From the NCBI RefSeq assembly GCF_000175255.2, contig NC_017262.1, positions 1,020,001-1,052,000 of the forward strand: a DNA stretch of 32,000 bases. The letters are read 5' to 3'. Every line of letters begins with the position of its first letter. Position 1 is the stretch's first letter. Under the pieces are notes generated by a model, which was given only the letters and a program-made list of their open reading frames with translations, searched no databases and had not been told where the DNA came from. The stretch is from Zymomonas mobilis subsp. mobilis ATCC 10988 (GTDB lineage: Bacteria; Pseudomonadota; Alphaproteobacteria; Sphingomonadales; Sphingomonadaceae). Below are positions 19,276 through 28,084 of the stretch, piece by piece. A program made the translations under genes and the position numbers.

Positions 19276-19947
19276 TTAGCGAAGTAATTTTGCCTTGACT
19301 AGCCCGAACAGGTCATGGCCGATGAGAAATCCGGATTTTAAATCCTGTAGAGATAACAGCGATTCTTTGGCGTTGCCGCTTGATAATAAGCGCTCGCGTA
19401 GGAGACCGGGAAGAAGCCCCAATGAGCGCGGTGGCGTTAACAGCCTATCGTTATCCTGAATAAAAATATTGCCTAAGGCTGTTTCTGTCACATGGCCGGA
19501 TGGATCAATAGCAAGCCAAATATTAGTATTCTTGCCTGAAATATCATTGGCTACCCGTGGTAGCAGCGCATGATAAAGTCTTTCATCATTGGCCGGACAA
19601 GATCGTTGAACGGGAAAACATTCAATTATTTTTTCGGGTGCATTTTCTGGTGGAGCAATTTCAACGGCAATTCGGCCATTATAATTGATAACCAACCGAA
19701 TAAAATGAGGCTTTATCAGAGGAAAACAGGCCATATGAAGCATATTGCGAACAGCATGGCGATTATAAGTGAAGCCCAGTGTTTGAGTTGAATTTTCAAG
19801 CCGTGCCAGATGTTCTTCCAGATTGGCGATGCCCCCCAAAGGTTCAAAACGCATTGTTTCTACCAGCGCTTTTGACTCTTTTGCTATCTGGATAGGGTGC
19901 GGCTCAATCAATTTTAGCCTTTCTTTTATTGTAGGGGTTTCTTTCAT
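19276..19947 (-). CDS. Class IV aminotransferase-like protein (aminodeoxychorismate lyase/PabC-like)
   Basis: LVETMRFEPLGGIANLEEHLARLENSTQTLGF and GHVTETALGNIFI...LLTPPRSLGLLPGLLRERLL resemble the PabC part of PabB-PabC fusions. Confidence 0.75.
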   Translation of the reverse strand: MKETPTIKERLKLIEPHPIQIAKESKALVETMRFEPLGGIANLEEHLARLENSTQTLGFTYNRHAVRNMLHMACFPLIKPHFIRLVINYNGRIAVEIAPPENAPEKIIECFPVQRSCPANDERLYHALLPRVANDISGKNTNIWLAIDPSGHVTETALGNIFIQDNDRLLTPPRSLGLLPGLLRERLLSSGNAKESLLSLQDLKSGFLIGHDLFGLVKAKLLR

Positions 19948-20249
19948 AAAAGTAAGGCCGATTAACTATACCATTCAATAACTTGAAAAGATTGATTGCG
20001 TAATAAAATTGCTATTTCGCAAGAATAAGAGAAAAAGGTAACTTCTTATTACTCTTTTAATATATTTATGCCACCAAAGAAATTAAATGAATTTAATCAC
20101 TTTTGGTGGTGGTTGAGAGAAGCCTGTCCTGAAATAGGCTGAAATCCGCCTTTTTTTGAGCCTATTTGCCCTGCTCCTTTAGGAATTATTCTGCCTCGCT
20201 ATGCGTTCAGTGATTGCACCGATTGCCAGAGCGTTATAACTAATAGTCT

Positions 20250-21692
20250 ATGACTATTGCTGACATAGCTGATGCGCCTCGCCATTTTCTCTATCGCCCC
20301 GGGCTGCTGACCCCGGATGATGCCAAGCGTTTGACATCACAAACACTTCACGGCTGTGATGATGGGGAGCTTTATTTACAATATAGTGTTTCCGAAAGTT
20401 TCTCTTTTGATGATGGCCGCCTGAAAAATGCGAGCTATGATAATCAGGCAGGTTTTGGTCTGCGGGGATTATCCGGTGAAGCGACTGCCTTTGCTCATGC
20501 AAGCGAGATTTCTGCTGATGCGATCAGGCGGGCAGGGGAAACCTTGCAGTTATTAGACCCTCAAAAGGGTAACCATCCTTCGTCTCCGCTTCATACCAAT
20601 CGGCATCTTTATACCGAGGCTAATCCGCTCACTTTGAAGCCTTTTGCTGAAAAAGTAGCCTTGTGTCAGAAAATTGATGCAGCCGCGCGCGCCAGAGATC
20701 CGCATGTTTGTCAGGTCTCTGTCGGACTGTCGGCTTCATGGAGCGTGATTGAAATTGTCCGTCCTGATGGTTTTGTGGCTCAGGATATCCGGCCTTTGGT
20801 GCGGTTGAATATTTCGGTTGTCGTTGAAAAGAACGGACGACGCGAATCCGGATTTTACGGTTTCGGTGGCCGCTATCTTTACGATCCCCTTTTTGAAGAA
20901 TCGGCATGGCAAAAGGGTATTGATATGGCCTTAGCCTCGGCTTTGGTTAATTTAGAAGCGATACCTGCACCCGCTGGAGAAATGCCCGTTGTTTTAGGCC
21001 CGGGATGGCCTGGTGTATTGCTCCATGAAGCTGTCGGTCATGGGTTGGAAGGCGATTTTAACCGGAAGGGTTCTTCTGTTTTCTCTGGCCGGATTGGTGA
21101 AAAAGTCGCGTCTGAAGGGGTCACGGTTATTGATGATGGCTCTATCCCGAACCGGCGTGGTTCTTTGAGCATTGATGATGAAGGCACCCCGACTAGTCGC
21201 ACGGTTCTGATCGAAAACGGTATTCTGAAATCCTATATGCAGGATAGATTGAATGCGCGTTTAATGGGTATGAAACCAACGGGTAACGGACGGCGTGAAA
21301 GCTATGTCCATGCCCCGATTCCGAGAATGACGAATACCTTTATGGCGGCTGGACAGGATGACCCTGCCGAAATTATGTCCCGCGTCAAAAAAGGCATTTT
21401 TGCCAAGAATTTTGGCGGCGGCCAAGTCGATATTACCAGCGGTAAATTCGTCTTTTCTTGCACTGAAGCCTATATGATTGAAAATGGTCGTATTGCAGCC
21501 CCTATTAAAGGGGCGACTTTGATCGGTGACGGCCCGACCGTTCTGAATAAAATTGCCGCAATTGGTAATGATCTGGCTTTGGATGAAGGGGTCGGTATTT
21601 GCGGAAAAGGTGGTCAGTCTGTGCCTGCGGGTGTTGGACAGCCTACTTTGTTAGTTGAAGGTTTGACGGTTGGCGGAACGGCCACTGAATAA
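20250..21692 (+). CDS. tldD: TldD-family metalloprotease
   Basis: 480 aa; VVLGPGWPGVLLHEAVGHGLEGDFNRKGSSVFSG (HExxxH), TLIGDGPTVLNKIAAIGNDLALDEGVGICGKGGQSVPAGVGQPTLLVEGLTVGG. Confidence 0.96.
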   Translation: MTIADIADAPRHFLYRPGLLTPDDAKRLTSQTLHGCDDGELYLQYSVSESFSFDDGRLKNASYDNQAGFGLRGLSGEATAFAHASEISADAIRRAGETLQLLDPQKGNHPSSPLHTNRHLYTEANPLTLKPFAEKVALCQKIDAAARARDPHVCQVSVGLSASWSVIEIVRPDGFVAQDIRPLVRLNISVVVEKNGRRESGFYGFGGRYLYDPLFEESAWQKGIDMALASALVNLEAIPAPAGEMPVVLGPGWPGVLLHEAVGHGLEGDFNRKGSSVFSGRIGEKVASEGVTVIDDGSIPNRRGSLSIDDEGTPTSRTVLIENGILKSYMQDRLNARLMGMKPTGNGRRESYVHAPIPRMTNTFMAAGQDDPAEIMSRVKKGIFAKNFGGGQVDITSGKFVFSCTEAYMIENGRIAAPIKGATLIGDGPTVLNKIAAIGNDLALDEGVGICGKGGQSVPAGVGQPTLLVEGLTVGGTATE

Positions 21693-21720
21693 ACTGACTG
21701 ACTTGTGATAAAGAAAGAAA

Positions 21721-21748
21721 AGCGGGGCTTTTTAGGCTCCGCTTTTTT
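21721..21748 (+). terminator. Rho-independent terminator after tldD
   Basis: AGCGGGGC-loop-GCTCCGCT with T run. Confidence 0.85.
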
Positions 21749-21986
21749 TTAAATAAAGAAGACAGAATCCTAAAAATAATTTTTATACTTAAAAAGTTTT
21801 TTTGTTTTTAAATGGCTTTTGGGTGAGGTAATTTTTAGATATATCTTTTTTAAATCAGAATAGTTTTTTGAAATAAAAAATCGAAACTGATAGTTTTATA
21901 AGCGTATAAAAAGTCGATAGACGGCTTTCTTATAGCGGGGTGTAAAACGGGTATAATAATGTGAGGAGAGGCCCGTAAAAGTGACT

Positions 21987-22700
21987 ATGCCTGATTATAC
22001 GATAAAAGTGGCCTCTTATAATATTCACAAAGCAATCGGTGCTGATAAACGGCGCGACCCAGAACGGATTTTATCTGTTCTGGATGAAATCGATGCGGAT
22101 TGTGTCGTCTTGCAAGAAGCCGATCATCGTCTGGGGAAAAGACGCGCTATTCTGCCTTTTGATGCCTTGGCTGCGCATGGTTATAGCTATGTGCCATTAT
22201 CTTTGCGCTCTTGTAGCCTTGGATGGCATGGTAATGCCCTGCTATTACGCGATTTCGCCAGCTGTGTTGCATATGAGCGAGTCAGACTACCTCGTTTGGA
22301 ACCCAGAGGCGCGATTATCTGCGATATTAAAATTCGAGGTCGTGTTTGGCGATTGATAGGTTCGCATCTCGATTTATCGGGTCTGTTCCGGCGGCGACAA
22401 GTTGCCTTTATTGTTGATAGATTAAGAAATTTGCAGCGCGATTTGCCGACTGTGATTATGGGCGATTTTAATCAATGGCGCAGGCGGGATGGATGTCTGC
22501 GATTATTGCCGGATGATTTCTCTGTTTTACCAACTGGTGCCAGTTTTCCTGCCCAGCATCCTTTAGTCGGATTAGATCGTATTATTATAGCCCCCCAAAT
22601 TAGATATTTGGAATGTGGTGTTCACAATACGCCGCTTGCAAGGCAGGCTTCCGATCATTTGCCTGTTTGGGCGAAATTGGCTTTATCTCCAGATTTTTAA
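21987..22700 (+). CDS. Endonuclease/exonuclease/phosphatase (EEP) family hydrolase
   Basis: VASYNIHKAIGADKRRDPERILSVLDEIDADCVVLQEAD, IGSHLDLSGLFRRRQ, VIMGDFNQWRR, QASDHLPVWAKL. Confidence 0.9.
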   Translation: MPDYTIKVASYNIHKAIGADKRRDPERILSVLDEIDADCVVLQEADHRLGKRRAILPFDALAAHGYSYVPLSLRSCSLGWHGNALLLRDFASCVAYERVRLPRLEPRGAIICDIKIRGRVWRLIGSHLDLSGLFRRRQVAFIVDRLRNLQRDLPTVIMGDFNQWRRRDGCLRLLPDDFSVLPTGASFPAQHPLVGLDRIIIAPQIRYLECGVHNTPLARQASDHLPVWAKLALSPDF

Positions 22701-22942
22701 AATTTTTATCAAAAAAATCAGTTTTTATGAATTTTTATGTCATTTTTGCCGCATAAATCCTGTGGAAAATAGCTGACTAAGTAATTTTTATTGTATAGTC
22801 TTCTGTGTCTGCGTTAATTTTTTGAAATATAAAAGTTATCTCGGCTTTATTAATTTTCATGACGCCGGCTCGTTCAGAGTCTTGAGGGATATATCGGGGA
22901 ATGCAGAGATTTTCATTAAAGGCGCCTGTTCTTTTGCGCTCT

Positions 22943-24250
22943 ATGGCTAATTCGATAGGGTTTTGTAAAAAATTAATTGCACTACCCTTGTTATCTTGTG
23001 CCGTTCCGGCTCTGGCTGAAACGCCGGCCGCTGTAAATAGCGGGGATACCGCCTGGATGTTGATATCAACAGCGCTTGTGTTGTTGATGATTATCCCGGG
23101 CTTGGCATTATTCTATGTCGGCATGGTTCGGGCGAAAAATGCGCTTTCTCTTTTGACCCAGATGTTGTGCATGACCGCTCTTGTCATGGTTTTATGGCCT
23201 TTGATTGGATATTCTCTGGCCTTTAGCGGATCATCCCCTTTCTTTGGTAACTTGACCAATGCCTTTTTGAAAAAGGTAACGCCGGACAGCATCAATGGCA
23301 CGATACCAGAATATGTCTTTGTCTGTTATCAGATGACTTTTGCCGCAATTACGGCAGCTTTGGCTTTGGGCGGTTTTGCGGAAAGAATTAAATTTCGGGC
23401 AGTAATGCTTTTCACCCCGCTTTGGCTGGTCTTGGTTTATTTGCCACTCGCCCATATGGTTTGGTCTTCTGACGGTTATTTCTTCAAAATGGGCGTTCTG
23501 GATTTCGCCGGCGGGACGGTCGTTCATATCAATGCGGGTATTGCGGCTTTGGTTGGCTGCTTGATGATCGGTAAACGGAGCGGCTATGGCAAAGAACTGA
23601 TGGCACCCCATTCCATGATGATGACCCTGATCGGAACCGGATTGTTATGGGTTGGTTGGTTTGGCTTTAACGCAGGTTCAGCCTTGGGTGCCAATGCTTC
23701 TGCTGGTTTAGCGATGATAAACAGCTTTGTTGCGACGGCAGCAGCCATCCTTGTCTGGATCGCAACCGAGGCTCTCGTTGGTCGTAAGCCGTCGCTGCTG
23801 GGGGCTTGTTCCGGTGCTATTGCCGGTTTGGTTGCCATTACCCCTGCCGCCGGTAATGCGGGCCCGATGGGTGCTATCGCTATTGGCGCTTTGGCTTCTT
23901 TCGGCTGCTTCTGGATGGTCGTCTATGTCAAACCCAAATTGAAATTTGATGATGCGCTTGATGCTTTTGGTGTTCATGGCGTTGGGGGTATTATCGGTTC
24001 CATTGCGACGGGTTTGTTTTGTTCACCATTATTAGGTGGCCCTGGTAAAGCCGATTATATGATTGGGCATCAGCTCTTCTTGCAGATTTTTGCCGTGGTC
24101 GTTGCCGTTATTTGGTCAGCTATTGGTTCTGCTATTGCCTTTTACATCGTTGATAAACTGGTTGGTTTGCGCGTTACCAAGGAAGAAGAAGCGATGGGGC
24201 TGGATATCAGCGAGCATGACGAGCGGGCTTATAATATGAACTCGCTATAA
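22943..24250 (+). CDS. amtB: Ammonium transporter
   Basis: Signal peptide then NSGDTAWMLISTALVLLMIIPGLALFYVGMVRAKNALSLL, DFAGGTVVHINAGIAAL, GWFGFNAGSA, DDALDAFGVHGVGGIIG. Start could also be ATG 22901. Confidence 0.96.
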   Translation: MANSIGFCKKLIALPLLSCAVPALAETPAAVNSGDTAWMLISTALVLLMIIPGLALFYVGMVRAKNALSLLTQMLCMTALVMVLWPLIGYSLAFSGSSPFFGNLTNAFLKKVTPDSINGTIPEYVFVCYQMTFAAITAALALGGFAERIKFRAVMLFTPLWLVLVYLPLAHMVWSSDGYFFKMGVLDFAGGTVVHINAGIAALVGCLMIGKRSGYGKELMAPHSMMMTLIGTGLLWVGWFGFNAGSALGANASAGLAMINSFVATAAAILVWIATEALVGRKPSLLGACSGAIAGLVAITPAAGNAGPMGAIAIGALASFGCFWMVVYVKPKLKFDDALDAFGVHGVGGIIGSIATGLFCSPLLGGPGKADYMIGHQLFLQIFAVVVAVIWSAIGSAIAFYIVDKLVGLRVTKEEEAMGLDISEHDERAYNMNSL

Positions 24251-24301
24251 AGGCTTGGATGCTGGTTTTCTTTTGAAAGACCTCTAGCCGAAAAAAGAAT
24301 G

Positions 24302-24337
24302 AAGCCGGATCTAGGAAACTGGATCCGGCTTTTTTTA
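24302..24337 (+). terminator. Rho-independent terminator after amtB
   Basis: AAGCCGGATC (24302-24311) / GATCCGGCTT (24322-24331) plus T run. Confidence 0.92.
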
Positions 24338-24644
24338 TCGCGCCGGAAAGAGCCTGTACTTCTTTATTGACTTGAAAATCATCGGAGAGGGACTATTTTA
24401 ACAAAATCCCGATGGCGTTTTTCTTTTCTTTTACAATTCTATGATAATTGAATAATATTTCATTGTCCTTTGTAATAAAGGATAGAAAAATGGATTGGCC
24501 TAGTAAATTGTTTCTGTGACATTTGAAATTTTAAACTATATTATCATCTCTTGAGAGACTCTTCACATAGGCGTGCATCCATATTTGCTGGACGTGGATG
24601 TTTTGTAATGATTTTGTCCAGCCAACAAACCGGAGAACCGGACA

Positions 24645-25130
24645 ATGGCCGAAAAGGTCAACAATCTTCAGGATTTTTTCCTTAATACCTTGCGCAAGAC
24701 CCGCACACCGGTGACGATGTTTTTGGTAAAAGGTGTCAAATTACAGGGCGTTATCACCTGGTTTGACAATTTTTCTATTCTGCTGCGGAGAGATGGTCAG
24801 TCACAGCTGGTCTATAAACACGCTATTTCTACCATTATTCCGGCGCATCCGCTGGAACAGCTGCGCGAAAGCCGCAGTTTGATGGCTGAACGTAAATCCA
24901 GTTTGCTTCAGGATGTCTTTTTATCGGCGATTATGCAGCAGCAAGAACCGGTGACAATGTTTTTGATAAACGGGGTCATGTTGCAAGGTGAAATTGCCGC
25001 CTTCGATTTATTCTGCGTCTTGTTAACCCGTAATGACGACGCACAGCTGGTTTATAAACATGCGGTTTCAACAGTGCAGCCTGTGAAATCTGTAGATTTG
25101 ACAATGACAGAAAGGCGAGACGAGGATTGA
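24645..25130 (+). CDS. hfq: Hfq RNA chaperone with two tandem Sm-like domains (161 aa)
   Basis: Domain 1 [59 protein letters not shown]. Domain 2 [59 protein letters not shown]. Confidence 0.96.
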   Translation: MAEKVNNLQDFFLNTLRKTRTPVTMFLVKGVKLQGVITWFDNFSILLRRDGQSQLVYKHAISTIIPAHPLEQLRESRSLMAERKSSLLQDVFLSAIMQQQEPVTMFLINGVMLQGEIAAFDLFCVLLTRNDDAQLVYKHAVSTVQPVKSVDLTMTERRDED

Positions 25131-26509
25131 GTGGTTTTGTCCGTTCCGAAGCCGATGGCGTTTCACATGGCGCCCGCGTATTGATCGTTCTTCCTGAACT
25201 GGAAGATAATAACAAGCGTTCGACCGAAGCCCGATTGGAAGAGGCAACTGGTCTAGCCTGTGCCATCGGGTTGGATGTTGTTTCCAAATTAGCTTTTCAT
25301 TTGCGCGCCCCAAAAGCCTCGACTTTGTTTGGCCCGGGGCAGGTTGAGCAGATTGTCACCGCAGCAAGAGATGAAGAAGTCGATCTGGTCATTGTCGATG
25401 GCCCTTTGACGCCGATTCAGCAGCGCAATCTTGAGACTTCTTTGGATGTAAAAGTCATCGACCGAACCGGTCTTATCCTTGAAATTTTCGGTGCGCGTGC
25501 AGCAACTGCTGAAGGGCGTTTGCAGGTCGAGCTCGCCCATTTGGATTATCAAGCGGGGCGTTTGGTTCGGACATGGACCCATTTGGAGCGTCAAAGAGGG
25601 GGCTTCGGATTTTTGGGCGGCCCGGGTGAAACCCAAATTGAAGCCGATCGCCGCATGATCCGTGACCGCATGGCAAAATTACGGCGTGATTTGGCACAAG
25701 TTACGCGGACACGTGGATTGCATCGGGCAAGACGGAAAAAAGCACCTTGGCCGGTGGTGGCCTTGGTCGGTTATACCAATGCTGGAAAATCGACCCTGTT
25801 TAACCGTATGACCGGAGCCGATGTCATGGCCAAGGATTTGCTTTTCGCAACCCTTGATCCAACGATGCGCCAGATTGCTTTACCCGGTATTGATAAGGCT
25901 ATTTTGTCAGATACGGTGGGTTTTGTTTCCGATTTGCCGACCCAGTTGGTTGCGGCCTTTCGGGCGACCTTGGAAGAAGTTACCGCGGCTGATCTTATTC
26001 TGCATGTCCGCGATATCGCCCAAGAAGATAGTGAATCCGAACGCGAAGATGTTGAGCGTGTTTTGGCTGAAATCGGGATTGCGCCTGTCGAAGACGGCGG
26101 AGAATTTGCTATTCCGGTTATTGAGGCTTGGAATAAAAGTGATCTTTTATCCGAAGAAGCTCATGAAAGCCTTGCCGCTGAAGCTGCGCGTCGTGATGAT
26201 GTTGCCTTGATATCAGCATGGACAGGGGAAGGCATCGAAGACTTACGGGAGTTGGTTTCCCAGAGACTTTCAGAAGCCCATCGCCTGCGTCATATTGATA
26301 TTCCGGTGACGGAAGGTCAGGCTATGGCTTGGCTTTATGCTCATGGCGATGTTGTCAGTGACGTGATGAATGACGAGACCGGAAAAATGGAATTCGACGT
26401 CAGAATGTCGGATGAAAATTGGGGACGTTTTATCGAACGCTTCGGTTTCTTGTATCAGGATATGTCTTCTTCTGAAGATGAATCCGAAGACTTGCATCCG
26501 TCTTTGTAA
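25127..26509 (+). CDS. hflX: GTPase HflX
   Basis: [87 protein letters not shown] start overlaps the hfq stop by 4 nt. Confidence 0.95.
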   Translation: MSGFVRSEADGVSHGARVLIVLPELEDNNKRSTEARLEEATGLACAIGLDVVSKLAFHLRAPKASTLFGPGQVEQIVTAARDEEVDLVIVDGPLTPIQQRNLETSLDVKVIDRTGLILEIFGARAATAEGRLQVELAHLDYQAGRLVRTWTHLERQRGGFGFLGGPGETQIEADRRMIRDRMAKLRRDLAQVTRTRGLHRARRKKAPWPVVALVGYTNAGKSTLFNRMTGADVMAKDLLFATLDPTMRQIALPGIDKAILSDTVGFVSDLPTQLVAAFRATLEEVTAADLILHVRDIAQEDSESEREDVERVLAEIGIAPVEDGGEFAIPVIEAWNKSDLLSEEAHESLAAEAARRDDVALISAWTGEGIEDLRELVSQRLSEAHRLRHIDIPVTEGQAMAWLYAHGDVVSDVMNDETGKMEFDVRMSDENWGRFIERFGFLYQDMSSSEDESEDLHPSL

Positions 26510-26529
26510 GAAGACTATGACCCTTTCTT

Positions 26530-27096
26530 ATGGTTACTGATCCTTGTCCAGAGCTAAGCGGATTATTGCTTTTGGCTTTGCCCAATATAAGGGATGTCGA
26601 ATTTCAAAAAGCGGTTATCGCTTTATGTGCCTTTAATGAAAAAGGGGCTTTGGGGCTGAATATTGGTCGCATTATTCCCGATGTGACGTTGCATTCTTTG
26701 ATGCATCAATTGGGTATTCAGCCCGGCCTTGTTCCTGATCGACCTGTTCATGATGGTGGCCCCTGTGAACCCCAGCGTGGGATGGTATTGCATAGTCGCG
26801 ATTGGCATAGTCCTGATAGCATGATGGTTGGGCAGGATTGGGCTTTGACCTGTACTCTGGACGTGCTTCATGCGCTTAGTCGAGGAGAAGGCCCGCAGCA
26901 TTGGCTGGTTGCCTTAGGCTATGCTGGCTGGGGCGCTGGTCAACTGGATCAGGAAATGAAACAGGCGGATTGGTTTCTTTCCAAAGTGGATGACCAATTA
27001 CTCTTTTCTTGTCCGGCAGAAAATCGTTGGCAGCAGGGATATCAACAGGCTGGTGTCGATTTTTATCGTTTGGCGACAAAAATAGGGCAGGCTTGA
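26530..27096 (+). CDS. YqgE/AlgH family protein (DUF179)
   Basis: [77 protein letters not shown]. Confidence 0.93.
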   Translation: MVTDPCPELSGLLLLALPNIRDVEFQKAVIALCAFNEKGALGLNIGRIIPDVTLHSLMHQLGIQPGLVPDRPVHDGGPCEPQRGMVLHSRDWHSPDSMMVGQDWALTCTLDVLHALSRGEGPQHWLVALGYAGWGAGQLDQEMKQADWFLSKVDDQLLFSCPAENRWQQGYQQAGVDFYRLATKIGQA

Positions 27097-27235
27097 CGAT
27101 AGATAATGTCTTTCATTCTTTGATATATTTCTTTTGTAGAAGAAAATATTTTTCAAGAATATTACTTTCTAGAAGCTGAAAGAATGATCCCACCGATTGG
27201 ATGCATGTCTCATTTATCCCGATAAAGGAGAGAAT

Positions 27236-27862
27236 ATGGCTGATATCCGCGAACCTGTGCTGTTGACAGCCGCTTTGACTGATTTGCATCCTACCCAGAT
27301 TTCGGTCGGTATGCGGGAAGTCGAAAATAAACGCGAAAATTGGCGCGAAAAAGAGGATGATAAAAAATCTCTTTATCTTGGTAGCCATTTAATTCCGGTG
27401 GTTCTGGGGGATCAGAGTCAGCCTTTTGTTGTTGATCATCACCATCTATGTCGCGCGCTTTTAGAAGAAGGGGTGACTAAAGTTGCCTTATCCGTGATGG
27501 CCGATCTTTCTTCTTTGGAAAAAGATCATTTCTGGTTTGTTATGGATAGTCAGCGCTGGATGCATCCTTTCGATGAAAAGGGCATCCGCCGTAGTTATCA
27601 GGATATTCCCGATAGTCTGACCGAGATGAAAGATGATCCTTATCGTTCTCTGGCCGGTTCTTTGCGTCGTGCCGGAGGATATGCCAAAGACGTGACACCT
27701 TTTAGTGAATTTTTATGGGCAGATTATTTGCGGCGGCAATTTAACGGAGCCGATATTGCACATAATTTCAATGATTTTTTGGAAAAAGCCTTGATTCTTG
27801 CTCATGACAAAAAGGCTTCCTATTTGCCCGGATGGTGTGCGCCGCAAGTAAAGCATGTCTAG
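27236..27862 (+). CDS. ParB-like nuclease-fold (ParBc_2-like) protein
   Basis: VLLTAALTDLHPTQISVGMREVENKRENWREK...HLIPVVLGDQSQPFVVDHHHLCRALLEEGV. ATG 27236 follows an AAAGGAG-type RBS; the upstream track start is less likely. Confidence 0.75.
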   Translation: MADIREPVLLTAALTDLHPTQISVGMREVENKRENWREKEDDKKSLYLGSHLIPVVLGDQSQPFVVDHHHLCRALLEEGVTKVALSVMADLSSLEKDHFWFVMDSQRWMHPFDEKGIRRSYQDIPDSLTEMKDDPYRSLAGSLRRAGGYAKDVTPFSEFLWADYLRRQFNGADIAHNFNDFLEKALILAHDKKASYLPGWCAPQVKHV

Positions 27863-28084
27863 ACATGATATTTCCCTGATCTTGTTTTCTCCAATATCCC
27901 TATGTATTTTCAGTAAATTATCTTTTTTTGCCTTTTTTCAGGCTTTATGATGAAAAAGCGATTGAATAACGCTTGCTATCAAGTTCTATAGGGTATTTGG
28001 GCAAGGCTTGCCTTATATTGGCTGTTGTTTTCGGGTGAGGATAACCAAGCGTCTGTCCATGCGCGAGGTTCGGGATTATTGTGC

